A DNA stretch of 50,568 bases from Nemertoderma westbladi. Lineage: Eukaryota > Animalia > Xenacoelomorpha. Position 1 is the stretch's first letter, and each line of letters begins with the position of its first letter. Positions 36,101 to 48,700 of this stretch are shown piece after piece. The DNA is taken from positions 1 to 50,568 of the forward strand of contig JAUCBJ010000323.1 of NCBI GenBank assembly GCA_032718475.1, read 5' to 3'. The translations under genes and the position numbers were made by a program. The notes below the pieces were generated by a model. The model was not told the origin of the DNA, made no database searches, and was given only the letters and a program-made list of their open reading frames with translations.

Positions 36101-39100
36101 TATACACTATTTGTTTTTTAATCAATAAATAATCATACATATTTATATTAAACACTCGAATAAAATAAATACTTTGTGAGAATGGGACACGGCGAATCTA
36201 CCCATGTTAATTTTATACCAGGTGGGATAAATGTTAGCCCTCTAAATCATTAATTACCGATAGAAGAACCGAAATAATTCGATAAATTTCGCCCGAAAAT
36301 CACGAAAATCGCCCTCTAGCGGCAGACGGGCGAACTTCAGACGACTCTGAGTATTACGTTGCAACGAGTTAGGGCGAGACCTTTCTAACGAGCTATAGCA
36401 AGCGAGATTTCATCGAGATGGGTTCGATTGTATAGCCGATGACAAACACACAGACAGACTGACTGACTGACAGACAATCGATATTTATATATATTAGACT
36501 AGAAAGCCTGTGGCCCTTCGGGCCACAGCTTTCTAGTGCACGTGCAGATGATATATGAATATGTGTGGGAGATTGGAGAACTGCATACGGAACAGACACC
36601 ATCATTAAATAAAACACCACCCCCATAAGAGATAACTGTCAAGTTTCAACTTTAGTCAGATTGTAAATAACAAAATTTCCAGAAAATGATCACTTTCAGA
36701 TCCACCCTCTACCTGCGGACTGGTGAATGCAGACGGCGCTGCAGTTTGGTAAAGATGGGGTTTATGGTGAAGTAAAATGCCTGCCTTTCAAGTTTCAGCT
36801 TAAACAGATTGTAAATAACAAAATTGGTGTAGATGTTCACATTCAGACTTCTAGCGGTAGAGTGAAGAACTGTAGACGACTCTGGGACTCCGTAAAGATA
36901 CAGAATATGCTGTAGTAGATTCCTGCCAAGTTTCAGCTCAAAGGGATTAAAAAGAACCAATTGGGATGAGGTGTTCACTATCAGACAATTCGCCCTCTAG
37001 CGGCAGATAGGGGAACTGTATACAACTCTGCGACTCCGTAAAGGTAGAGCCTATGCTGTAGTAGATGCCTACCAAGTTTCAGTCTAAACCGTGTGTAAAT
37101 AACAAAGTTGGAGAAGATGTTAACTTTCAGACATTTCACCCTCTAGCGGTAGACTGGGGAAGTGTATAGGACTCTGCAACTCCGTAAAGATAGAGCCTAG
37201 GATGTAGTAGATACCTGCCAAGTTTCAGCTCAAAAGGATTAAAAAGAACCAAATGGGATGAGGTTTTCACTATCAGACAATTCGCCCTCTAGCGGATGAC
37301 TGTGGAACTGTAAACGACTCTACTACTCCGCAAAGATATAGCCTATGCTATAGTATAGGCCTAAGTTTCAGTCTAAAAGGATTGTAAATAACAAAGTTGG
37401 ATGAGATGTTAACTTTCATACATTTCGCCCTCTAGCGGCAGACGCGGGTAATGTAGACAACTCTGCGCGACTCAGTAAAGATATAGCCTATGCTGTAGTA
37501 GATGCCTACCAAGTTCAGTCTAAATGGATTATAAATAACAAAGTTGGAGAAGATGTTAACTTTCAGACATTTCGCCCTCTAGCGGTAGACTGGGGAATTG
37601 TAGACGACTCTGCGACTCAGTAAAGATACAGCCTTTGCTGTAGTAGATGCCTACCAAGTTTCAGTCTAAACGGATTGTAAATAACAAAGTTGGAGAAGAT
37701 GTTAACTCTCAGACATTTAGCCCTCTAACGGTAGACTGGGGAACTGTGGACAACTCAGTGACTCCGGAATTATAAAGCCTATGCTGCTGCTGCAGTATAT
37801 AGCAACCAAGTTTCAGCTCAAAAGCATTAAAAACAACCCAATGAGATCAGGTTTTCAGTATCGGACAATTCGCCCTCTAGCGGCAGACGGGGGAACTTCA
37901 GACGGCTCTGAGTATTACGTTGCAACGAGTTAGGGCGAGACCTATCTAACGAGCTATAGTAAGCGAGATTTCATCGAGATTAGATGTATAATATTAGATA
38001 AAATAATAATACAGTAAGTACATGCGTAGAGAAATAATTATTTTACTTTTAATATTCATAACAGTAAAACAAAAATGTTATAAACCTCTCCTTCCATGCA
38101 GCCAATGATTGAGAAAGCAGAATTACTCTGAGCAATTCGCAATAGACAACCCAAACCCACCCCAATCAACACTCCAGCCTGCTTGCTCCTTATCTGTGCC
38201 CAGCCAGCTAGCTGCGAGTTCAATAATTACCTTAACGTTGCTATGATACAGAAAACAATCCTTCCTTATTCAATACCAATAGGCCAATTCGATCGTGCTT
38301 GGCGAATATGACATATTTATACACTATTTGGTTTTTAATCAATAAATAATCATACATATTTATATTAAACACTCGAATAAAATAAAAACTTTGTGAGAAT
38401 GGGACACGGCGAATCTACTCATGTTAATTTTATACCAGGTGGGATAAATGTTAGCCCTCTAAATAATTAATTACCGATAGAAGAACCGAAATAATTCGAT
38501 AAATTTCGCCCGAAAATCACGAAAATCGCCCTCTAGCGGCAGACGGGTGAACTTCAGACGACTCTGAGTATTACGTTGCAACGAGTTAGAGCGAGACCTT
38601 TCTAACGAGCTATAGCAAGCGAGATTTCATCGAGATGGGTTCGATTGTATAGCTGATGACAAACAGACAGACAGACAGACAGACAATGCATATTTATATA
38701 TATTAGACTAGAAAGCCTGTGGCCCTTCGGGCCACAGCTTTCTAGTGCACGTGCAGATGATATATGAATATGTGTGGGAGATTTGAGAACTGCATACGGA
38801 ATAGACACCATCATTAAATAAAACACCACCCCCATAAGAGATAACTGTCAAGTTTCAACTTTAGTCAGATTGTAAATAACAAAATTTCCAGAAAATGATC
38901 ACTTTCAGATCCACCCTCTACCTGCGGACTGGTGAAATGCAGACGGCGCTGCAGTTTGGTAAAGGTGGGGTTTATGGTGAAGTAAAATGCCTGCCTTTCA
39001 AGTTTCAGCTTAAACAGATTGTAAATAACAAAATTGGTGTAGATGTTCACATTCAGACTTCTAGCGGTAGACTGAAGAACTGTAGACGACTCTGGGACTC

Positions 39101-40900
39101 CGTAAAGATACAGAATATGCTGCAGTAGATTCCTGCCAAGTTTCAGCTCAAAGGGATTAAAGAGAACCAATTGGGATGAGGTGTTCACTATCAGACAATT
39201 CGCCCTCTAGCGGCAGATAGGGGAACTGTATACAACTCTGCGACTCCGTAAAGGTAGAGCCTATGCTGTAGTAGATGCCTACCAAGTTTCAGTCTAAACC
39301 GTTTGTAAATAACAAAGTTGGAGAAGATGTTAATTTTCAGACATTTCACCCTCTAGCGGTAGACTGGGGAAGTGTATAGGACTCTGCAACTCCGTAAAGA
39401 TAGAGCCTAGGATGTAGTAGATACCTGCCAAGTTTCAGCTCAAAAGGATTAAAAAGAACCAAATGGGATGAGGTTTTCACTATCAGACAATTCGCCCTCT
39501 TGCGTCTGACTGTGGAACTGTAGACGACTCTACTACTCCGCAAAGATATAGCCTATGCTATAGTAGATGCCTACCAAGTTTCAGTCTAAAAGGATTGTAA
39601 ATAACAAAGTTGGAGAAGATGTTAACTTTCATACATTTCGCCCTCTAGCGGCAGACGCGGGTACTGTAGACAACTCTGCGCGACTCAGTAAAGATATAGC
39701 CTATGCTGTAGTAGATGCCTACCAAGTTCAGTCTAAATGGATTATAAATAACAAAGTTGGAGAAGATGTTAACTTGCAGACATTTCGCCCTCTAGCGGTA
39801 GACTGGGAAATTGTAGACGACTCTGCGACTCAGTAAAGATTCAGCCTATGCTGTAGTAGATGCCTACCAAGTTTCAGTCAAAACGGATTGTAAATAATAA
39901 AGTTGGAGAAGATGTTATCTCTCAGACATTTAGCACTCTAACGGTAGACTGGGGAACTGTAGACCACCCAGTGACTCCGGAAATATACAGCCTATGCTGC
40001 AGTATATAGCTACCAAGTTTCAGCTCAAAAGCATTAAAAACAACCCAATAAGATCAGGTTTTCACTATCGGATAATTCGCCCTCTAGCGGCAGACGGGGG
40101 AACTTCAGACGGCTCTGAGTATTACGTTGCAACGAGTTAGGGCGAGACCTATCTAACGAGCTATAGTAAGCGAGATTTCATCGAGATTAGATGTATAATA
40201 TTAGATAACATAATAATACAGTAAGTATAGGCCTATAGAAATAATTATTTTTACTTTTAATATTCATAACAGTAAAACAAAAATGTTATAAACCTCTCCT
40301 TCCATGCAGCCAATGATTGAGAAAGCAGAATTACTACAACCCAAACCCACCCCAATCAACACTCCAGCCTGCTTGCTCCTTATCTGTGCCCAGCCAGCTA
40401 GCTGCGAGTTCAATAATTACCTTAAGGTTGCTACAGAAAACAATCCTTCCCTATTCAATAACAATAGGCCAATTCGATCGTGCTTGGCGAATATGACATA
40501 TTTATACACTATTTGTTTTTTAATCAATAAATAATCATACATATTTATATTAAACACTCGAATAAAATAAATACTTTGTGAGAATGGGACACGGCGAATC
40601 TACCCATGTTAATTTTATACCAGGTGGGATAAATGTTAGCCCTCTAAATCATTAATTACCGATAGAAGAACCGAAATAATTCGATAAATTTCGCCCGAAA
40701 ATCACGAAAATCGCCCTCTAGCGGCAGACGGACGAACTTCAGACGACTCTGAGTATTACGTTGCAACGAGTTAGGGCGAGACCTTTCTAACGAGCTATAG
40801 CAAGCGAGATTTCATCGAGATGGGTTCGATTGTATAGCCGATGACAAACACACAGACAGACTGACTGACTGACAGACAATCGATATTTATATATATTAGA
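30109..40900 (-). mobile_element. Head-to-tail array of five non-autonomous Helitrons (30109-32163, 32164-34305, 34306-36498, 36499-38707, 38708-40900)
   Basis: On the minus strand each unit starts 5'-TCTAATATATA plus a (TCTG/TCAG)n microsatellite and ends with the hairpin GTGGCCC-GAA-GGGCCAC then CTAG-3'. Inserted between host A and T with no TSD: the rejoined site ctagtcaa|ttaagatatc matches the paralogous ctagtcgattaagatatc at ~29862. Confidence 0.9.
30380..31370. repeat. ~146-bp internal satellite of the Helitron unit (about 7-8 copies per unit; unit 1 shown)
   Basis: cgccctctagcgg or close variants at 30464, 30610, 30756, 30902, 31049, 31195 and 31341. Confidence 0.9.
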
Positions 40901-41889
40901 TTAAGATATCGTAGCACTTGCCGATACTCTTAAAAGGACAAATTTCCTAGAATCAAGGATCCCAGTCCCCCCAGATATGTTCTGGAATAAAATTGTGTCT
41001 ATTTTAATATTAAATAATAAAATTTACGGGAAAAAATTTAAATTCATATCTTTTAATGAATTTGATAAATTGTCATTTTTATACAATTTATAACATTCCC
41101 AAAATTCCATTAATTAATAGATCATGGGAGCGGAGATTCACTCTATTAAGTATATTAGTGTGCGAGAATCTCCAATATAGTCAATAGCCGATAAAATTCA
41201 TAAAATCATGTATAAAGAGGAATATTGACAATTAAAGAATTACTATTAAATAGCATCCCAGATCTGTATGCATGAGAATTACCCTAATTCTACCGCTAGC
41301 TTTCCATAATGTCACCATAGCAACAACCACGCTAGAATTAGAAGTGAGTTAAAAGAACAATAGAAAGCTTGCCCCATTGAATAGCATAAGGAATAAAATA
41401 GCACACTGCTAGTATCCCAGGATACCCAATAATAACGTGGCATTCTGGAAGGCACTGACTAACGGACAAATGGCCCGAATGTGTGCGATTTGTGACAGTT
41501 GTGTGGAATTTGTGCGTTTAATAGGTGAATGTTACTACTAAAGTGTGTTTACAGTAGCGAGTCGCAATTGTGAAAGTAACCCTAACTCTCCAGTAAGAAC
41601 CTGAAGTAAATCTAAGCCTTTGGGACGGACGGTGGAGTGACTCGCGCTGGTTGTTGTGGTCGTTGTGCAGCTACTACGTTGGCGATAGGCACATCGGCGA
41701 AAGTACACCAGCGCTGAGGATCTTGCGCTGTCCGGGGGCCGAGAGGGGTAGGCAGCGACGCCCGCTACCCTAATTATAAACTCATTATGATATTGATAAA
41801 CTCATATAGCAGCTATGACTGAGTTGATAGAAGATGATCTTGGTATCAGGGAGTGATATACTCTACCTTTACAAGCGTTTGTCGATAGC

Positions 41890-44572
41890 TTGATACGCGG
41901 CGATGCTAGTCCAACTACTACGGAGGACGATGGTCATTATATCGAACCGCCAATGTCCCAGGAGCCACTTACGCGTGAATTGGACTATAGAAAATTCACC
42001 GCTCGCTATACGCATCGTAATGGTACGTATATGGACTTCTTAACTACTGGCCATCCTATCGATTTACACGATACGGATGATGTAGACACCGAAAGGGAAA
42101 TGGTTTTATTTAAATATCATACCCAGCGGAGTCGGAACGATAAACCGAGAATCGAATGCGAAAATTCTATTCAAAATCGAATCGAAAGAGAAGACGTTAA
42201 AGAACCGGATAAACGCGGTAACTCCAACGTATATTTGGAATTCTTGAGAGAAACATTGTAAAACCGAATAAATATCACCCACGTTTCCCCTACAAGACGT
42301 GCGTCTTTGGTATTATTGCGATGAATGCCCAAGACCCAACCAACAAATGGAAAGACATAAACATCCGTAGAGACGTTGCTTTAAACATGGTTTTACTCGA
42401 TATATTTACGGGAGTTTTGAGCGAAACTTGTTCGATGTATCACCTACACTCATTCGATTCAAACGATCCTTAAATAAACCTATGATCAGACCTCCTCATT
42501 CCCTAGATAGACTTCAGACTCTTGATCCTAATAGTATCACGGATCATCCCGAACTGTACTCACTGTTCAATGATCTAGTGTTACCCGAACAATTAGTCGG
42601 TGGCACTCCGGTTGTGGGCTTCCTAAATATTCACCCATCTTACCTAGCCGGATTGGGACGTGGACATCTAATATCGTCATTCAACCGTATCATCGGTTAT
42701 ATTGAAATATATCGAGACATGAAAAATATCGAGAGTAAAAATAACGCGAGTAAAAACATCGAGTGTTGAAAAATAACGATAATATCGAGAGTTCAATAAA
42801 TATCGAGAGTAAAAATATCGAGGGTAAAAATATCGAGAGTAAAAATACCGAGTGTTGAAAAATATCGAGAGTAAAAATATCGAGAGTAAAAATATCGAGT
42901 GTTGAAAAATATCGAGAGTAAAAATATCGAGTGTTGAAAAATATCGAGAGTAAAAATATCGAGTGTTGAAAAATATCGAGAGTAAAAATATCAGTGTTGA
43001 AAAATATTGAGAGTAAAAATATCGAGTGTTGAAAAATATCGAGAGTAAAAATATCGAGTGTTGAAAAATATCGAGAGTAAAAATATCGAGTGTTGAAAAA
43101 TATCGAGTGTTGAAAAGTATCGAGTGTTGAAAAATATCGAGTGTTGAAAAACAGCGAGAGTTGAAAAATATCAAGAGTAAAAATATCGAGTGTTGAAAAA
43201 TATATAGAATGTTGAAAAATATCGAGAGTAAAAATATCGAGTGTTGAAAAATATAGAATGTTGAAAAATATCGAGAGTAAAAATATCGATAGTAACAATT
43301 TTTTTAAATAAGGGTTGTATGATAATTTTTTTACTAAAAATGTTCTAGAACAACAAGATTTATCAACATTTGGTAGCTTATAAGGTACGTTTTCTAATAT
43401 CACTCGATATTTTTCAACACTCGATATTTTTCAACACTCGATATTTTTACTCTCGATATTTTTACTCTCGATATTTTTCAACACTCGATATTTTTACTCT
43501 CGATATTTTTCAACACTCGATATTTTTACTCTCAATATTTTTCAACACTCGATATTTTTACTCTCGATATTTTTCAACACTCGATATTTTTACTCTCGAT
43601 ATTTTTCAACACTCGATATTTTTACTCTCGATATTTTTCAACACTCGATATTTTTACTCTCGATATTTTTCAACACTCGATATTTTTACTCTCGATATTT
43701 TTCAACACTCGATATTTTTACTCTCGATATTTTTCAACACTCGATATTTTTCAACACTCGTTATTTTCGATATTTTTCATCTCGCGTTATTTTTACTCTC
43801 GATATTTTTTAATCACGTTAATTTTCAACACTCGTTATATTTACTGTCGATATTTTTACTCTCGTTATTTTTACTCTCGATATTATTCAAGTCTCGATAT
43901 TTTTCACCATTACCGTATCATCATCCCGGTTTAACCCGATACAACCTGTCACCAAGGCGGAGGAGAGAGTTGTACGAAACGTGTTGGACACTATTCTTCA
44001 AAAGATCGGAAAAGGAACCTACAATTGTTTAGAGAAACGTAAATTGCAGCAACAAGTCCAAGCGGTAAACGAATTAGCTTTATCTCAGTTCGATCAGGAA
44101 ATCCAGAATCTCTAAGAAGATATCGAACTTGGACGGCTCTACTTTCTGCAAGAGTTTGGACAAATGTTTTCAACGACAAGCGGAGGAAAATCAGCTCGAG
44201 GAGAAGCATATCGATTCCGATAGAGCCCGAGAACGCGAGTTGGAAAGAATCATCAAACCGAGGAAATTTCTCACTATACACGGTCCACCTACCGCTATCG
44301 TTCAGACGACCCGTCAGGGACCAGTAAGAGCTGCTGTCTCAAAACGCGCTCTCAAGGTTGTTCGACCTCGTTCCACTGAGGTTGATACCGATCAACCGGG
44401 TACCTCGACTGGCGGATACACTGACCGTAACCCTAAACCTTCTGATGCAATTGTATTGCACCCTTCACCCAAGGGTTATAGCCCTCCTAGTAAAGTGGCT
44501 CGCCCCAAAGAGAAAAGGACTCTTGCTAGCCTCAAAAAACTGCGTAAACGCCGTCCGCGCAAGAAAAACTAA
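41890..44572 (+). pseudogene. Element B accessory ORF, degraded and split by the foldback insertion; homologous to the A accessory ORF
   Basis: The frame of ORF 42428 extended upstream reads VRLWYYCDEC...P*RRCFKHGFTRY, versus VYKLYYQCGSC...ARCSNHQQLRY in A. Ends in a basic segment (44129-44572). Confidence 0.55.
42695..43914. mobile_element. Non-autonomous foldback DNA transposon whose long TIRs are built from 15/17-bp tandem units; 8-bp TSD gtatcatc
   Basis: Left arm of aaaaatatcgagagt / aaaaatatcgagtgttg units to ~43290, ~110-bp spacer, then an inverted right arm. Termini GGT...ACC. gtatcatc at 42687-42694 and 43915-43922. Confidence 0.85.
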
Positions 44573-44641
44573 CATTTTAGAGTATTTAAATATTTTAGAA
44601 ACTGTGATTTTTTATATTTTATAGAATTAAATCCCATTTTC

Positions 44642-44650
44642 TGGGAGCGG
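44642..44650 (+). promoter_or_regulatory. Element B polypurine tract
   Basis: tgggagcgg immediately before the TGT of the 3' LTR. Confidence 0.75.
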
Positions 44651-45718
44651 TGTAAAGGCTTTTGCGGATCTAGCTAGTTATTTTCCCCGCAAAGTACTCT
44701 GTAGGTGTTTTAACGGACATAAAAAGCCGTTTCCTTACTGTACCGGTGTTTTAGTGGACATAAAAAGCCATTTCTTCTGTATGTGTACTTTAGCGGACAT
44801 AACTAGCGATCTTATGTCGCAATAAGCCAAAATCCTCTTGATACAGTGTAGTTACCATGACGACATCTAACAGGTGATATGTACACTTGTAACTTTTTCT
44901 TTGTTCTTTGTTCGTTCTTTGTTCGGTCGACCAATCAGAGCGTTTTTTGACTCTGTGTTGGAGATTGTATACAGAAACTCATGCAATTCAGTCAGTATGT
45001 GTATTTTGTCCACAGCCAGAAGACCGGCTTTGGAATTTCTGTGTTTCAGGCTTTAGCCAAACATTAGTAGGCTTTGGTCATAGAAACGTATAACTGTTAT
45101 CAAACCATACCAACTCAACACACTGCATATCTCACCTAATCATATCAACTCATGCAAGTCAGTGTGTCAAATCATATTGTCAACTACAACCACCGCATTT
45201 TTACTGCTATTTACTGTCGGTTATTAATTATATCAGTTGATGGAATATTATTATATTGGATAATATCGATAAATAATTATAAAACCCCCAATCTTCTTGA
45301 TATACTGAAGGTAAGAGACCGGTTACATATAACAATTGCGACTTACATTATATTGGTTTTGGAGTGAATCTAATGCTATTTCATAGGCACTACATGTGTC
45401 GGTTGTTGTTCTCTTTATATGTGACTAAAATTAGTGAAGGTCGGCAGATCGGTGTGCAGTATTGTGCGGTAGTGTGCATGATTGTGACTGATAACAAAGC
45501 ATCTCCTAAAGAATGCGCTTTATACGTGAATCAATAGCCATCCCGTTGTGTCTAGTGTAAGTCATAACTCTGTTTACATATTTAGAGCGCCACGTCCTAA
45601 AGGAACTGTTAATATTTCCCGAAAGTGAATAATATTTGTCAGAATTTATATATTAACGATCAGTCGAATAATACAGTAGGCCTACACCGCAATAAGGTCA
45701 AAGCTTCCGAATCCAGTC
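44651..45718 (+). repeat. Element B 3' LTR, interrupted at 45718 by element C
   Basis: Matches 3739-4148 plus 21128-21706; the match breaks after cagtc, where a new TGT-starting LTR begins. Confidence 0.9.
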
Positions 45719-48700
45719 TGTAAAAGATTTTGTGGGATAACTGATTCGTTTGCCTTGCTAACCAGTTCCCCCCAGGCGCTGGAATACTCTAAAAAGGTAT
45801 CTATAACTAGAATAGTGCAAGCTACCGGCTGATTGGCTGATTTGCTGTGCGAAGGGATCTGGGCTACGTTTGATCGTCCAACCAGCTTGGGAAGGTTGCC
45901 CCACAGCCCTGCTTTCTGTATCTGCCAATAGGATTTGAGTTGGTTTTTGATTTCGACCTATCACAGATCTACTGAACTGAATTTTCCTATCTGTATGCTC
46001 ATTCTCTGTGGTGGGTGGAAGCCTTTGTAAATAAGGTTATTCTTATCAGTTTTCAGTGTGGATGGTGATTCTAAGCCAGGAAGAACGGCTCCGGAATCGC
46101 TTGTTTTCAGACTTTATAAGAAACATTAGTAGGCTTAAGATTATAGAGCGTATAACTGTTATCAGTGCATATCACTTATCTTAACATATCGTATCACATA
46201 TCGGTCCAATACATTATTATACTGCTATTTACTGTTGTTTGGTTGAATATTATTTGGAGAACATATATAAAGAACCCAAATTTCCCAATTTTCTTGATAC
46301 ACTACAGGTGAGAGAGGCAGTTTACATATAACGATTGCGACTTATATTATAGTGGTTTGTAGTGAATATAATGCTATTTGGTAGCCACTACTTGAGTCAA
46401 TTGCTATTCTCTTTATACGTGATCAAAGTCAGTGACTGTCGGCAAACCAGTGAGCAGTATTGTGCGGTACCGGTAGTGTGTATGATTGTGATTGAGACTG
46501 ATAACTAAGCATCTCCTAAAGAATGCGTCTCATACGTGAATTCTAAGCCATATCGTTGTGTTTGGTGTAAGTCATAACTTTGTTTACATAGATAGAGCGC
46601 CACGTCCTAAAGGAACTGCTAATATTTCCCGAAAGTGAATAATATTTGCCAGAGATTATTACATTAGTGATCAATCGAATAATACAAGTAGGCTTCACTG
46701 CAATAAATCTAAGCCCTCAGAATCCAGCCCCCCGGGTATATCCAGCGGGTGAATGGACGCGCACTAGGCTGGCTTCGGCTAATGTTGTGTTTATTTTGTA
46801 TTAAATCTTGTCATCTTATAAAGTCAATTTACCAACTAAAGACATATAAATTTTGGCAGGTTAAACTGCTAAAGGTCTTCAAAAGCGCGTACAATAACAG
46901 TTATTGATCTTATTGCAGTAAGCAATAAGGTTGCTAAGTACCGGTCTATCGGTAAACCTGAACCGGTACTTCTGTAGGTCACTAGGCCCAACTGTCATAA
47001 CCAGTACTGTTGTATAAGTACATTAGTATTATTCGATTTTGATTATAGTATACCGGTAGGTCTTAGTACTGAATCGGGGACTGCAGCCCTGATTTTTTAT
47101 TGAGATTCTACTTATTTCTGTCGGTTTTATTTCCTAGTAAGTTAATATTGAGCTGAAGACGTGTAAGTCTGCTCAGATTGTTCAGATCATTGTAGGCTGG
47201 ACTGTTGTCTGACTGTTGTTAGGCTTGAAGATTACAGCGTGTGTAGAGTAAGTCTGATAAAGTGCCAGTTAGTAAGTTGGGGCAACTCGTAGTTGTAAGG
47301 TCAACCCCCTCTTAAAGAATAAGTCGTACTACCGTATTAGCACGCATACTAACTAACAATCTCGGAATCTGCATATACTGTGGTTTATTTAGGCTTGATA
47401 GTAGTCCGTCAGCGTTTATCCTGTATTGTTTGTATAGTCTGTTCAGGTACCGTAATATTATTCAGATATTTTGTAGGCTGGATTGTTGTCTGGCTGTTGT
47501 TGGGTCTGAAGGAATTGCTGCGTGTGTAGAGTAAGTCTGATAAAGTGCCGGTTAGTAAGTTGGGGCAACTCGTAGTTGTAAGGTCAACCCCCTGCTAAAG
47601 AATAAGTCGTACTACCGTGTTAGCACGCATACTAACTAACAATTTTGGAATCTGCACATACTGTAGTTTGTTTAGGCTTGATAGTAGTCTGCCAGCATTT
47701 AGTTTGTATTTTATTTGAGTATTCTGTACGGGTAGCGTAATATTTATTATTCAGAGTTTATGCGATTACTCGCAACATTCATGTCCCCAAGTTTATTCCT
47801 ACAGTAATTGTGTTTGTTATACATACCGCTATAGTTAAATTAACCCCGGTACTACACGGGCTGCTTGGCGTAGGTAAAGACTGGTGACTTTGTGCCCCGG
47901 TCACTCCAGCAGATGCTGTGGTTCTTTTAACTGTTCAAGTATATTTAACTGCAAGTTATCTGTTTTACAAGTACTTGTACCTAATTTAGGGTTTAGTGTA
48001 TAGTGCTTTCCGAAAGTAATTAGTGTAGGCATTATATTTGTGTTGTAAAGTGGTTGATAGGCACGTTCGTTCTATTAACCTCTAGGTAGGAACACTCCGT
48101 GATACATAACGTAGTACCTATAGCGATACGGCTGTAGGTCGTCAGGCGGTGGTATTTTCCTATCTGGACAACGCAGTATATTTACTTCTGCTTATTATTT
48201 TCAAATACCGTAGTATCCTATCCGTTGTAATAACCAGAAGTCCTAACCCTTTGTTAGACTGGTTTGTAGTTTCCCTGTTAAATTGCCCTAAAAATTTCGT
48301 ACGTATAGTTTTTTCGTGTGTTTATTAGAGATTGTAATCTCAACAATATTGTAAGTAATTAATAGATAAGTAACGTAGGCCAGTAGAATTATTCGTTTTA
48401 GTGTCCCATCAGTAGCACTTCACTGAGAGCGCACAGCTTCTGTGTAGTGCTTATTCCCAGAAATAGCAACATCTATTTCAGTATTGTAACAAAACCCCTT
48501 ATCAGGATATATATATATTATAAATCAACTTAAAAGATTTATAAACTAGTAGGCCTGTCATACAACAATTAGGTCTTAATATCAGTTGGACTACTGCTTA
48601 AATAACGGTAACAAAGTAAGTTAAAGTAACCAAGTAACCCTAAAATATTCAGAAATTCAATTATTCTAAAATAATTGACATACCGGTATTTACGATAGGC

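Larger units (their letters stand above)
3739..45718 (+). mobile_element. Element B: non-autonomous Bel/Pao LTR retrotransposon hosting element A, the Helitron array and the foldback; its 3' LTR is interrupted by element C
   Basis: 5' LTR TGTaaaggc (3739)...gcaaACA (21859), split by A. 3' LTR starts TGTaaaggc at 44651 after the PPT tgggagcgg. Gag-PR remnant at 24308-29303. Candidate left TSD cttct (3734-3738); the right end lies beyond the window. Confidence 0.85.

Noticed and set aside
30215-40534. Many short ORFs in the 2.1-kb repeats
   Set aside because: They recur only because of the repeat, are broken differently in each unit, and show no Rep/helicase motifs.
42677-44032. 165-237 aa Phe/Ser/Ile-rich ORFs
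   Set aside because: Translation artefacts of the foldback minisatellite arms.
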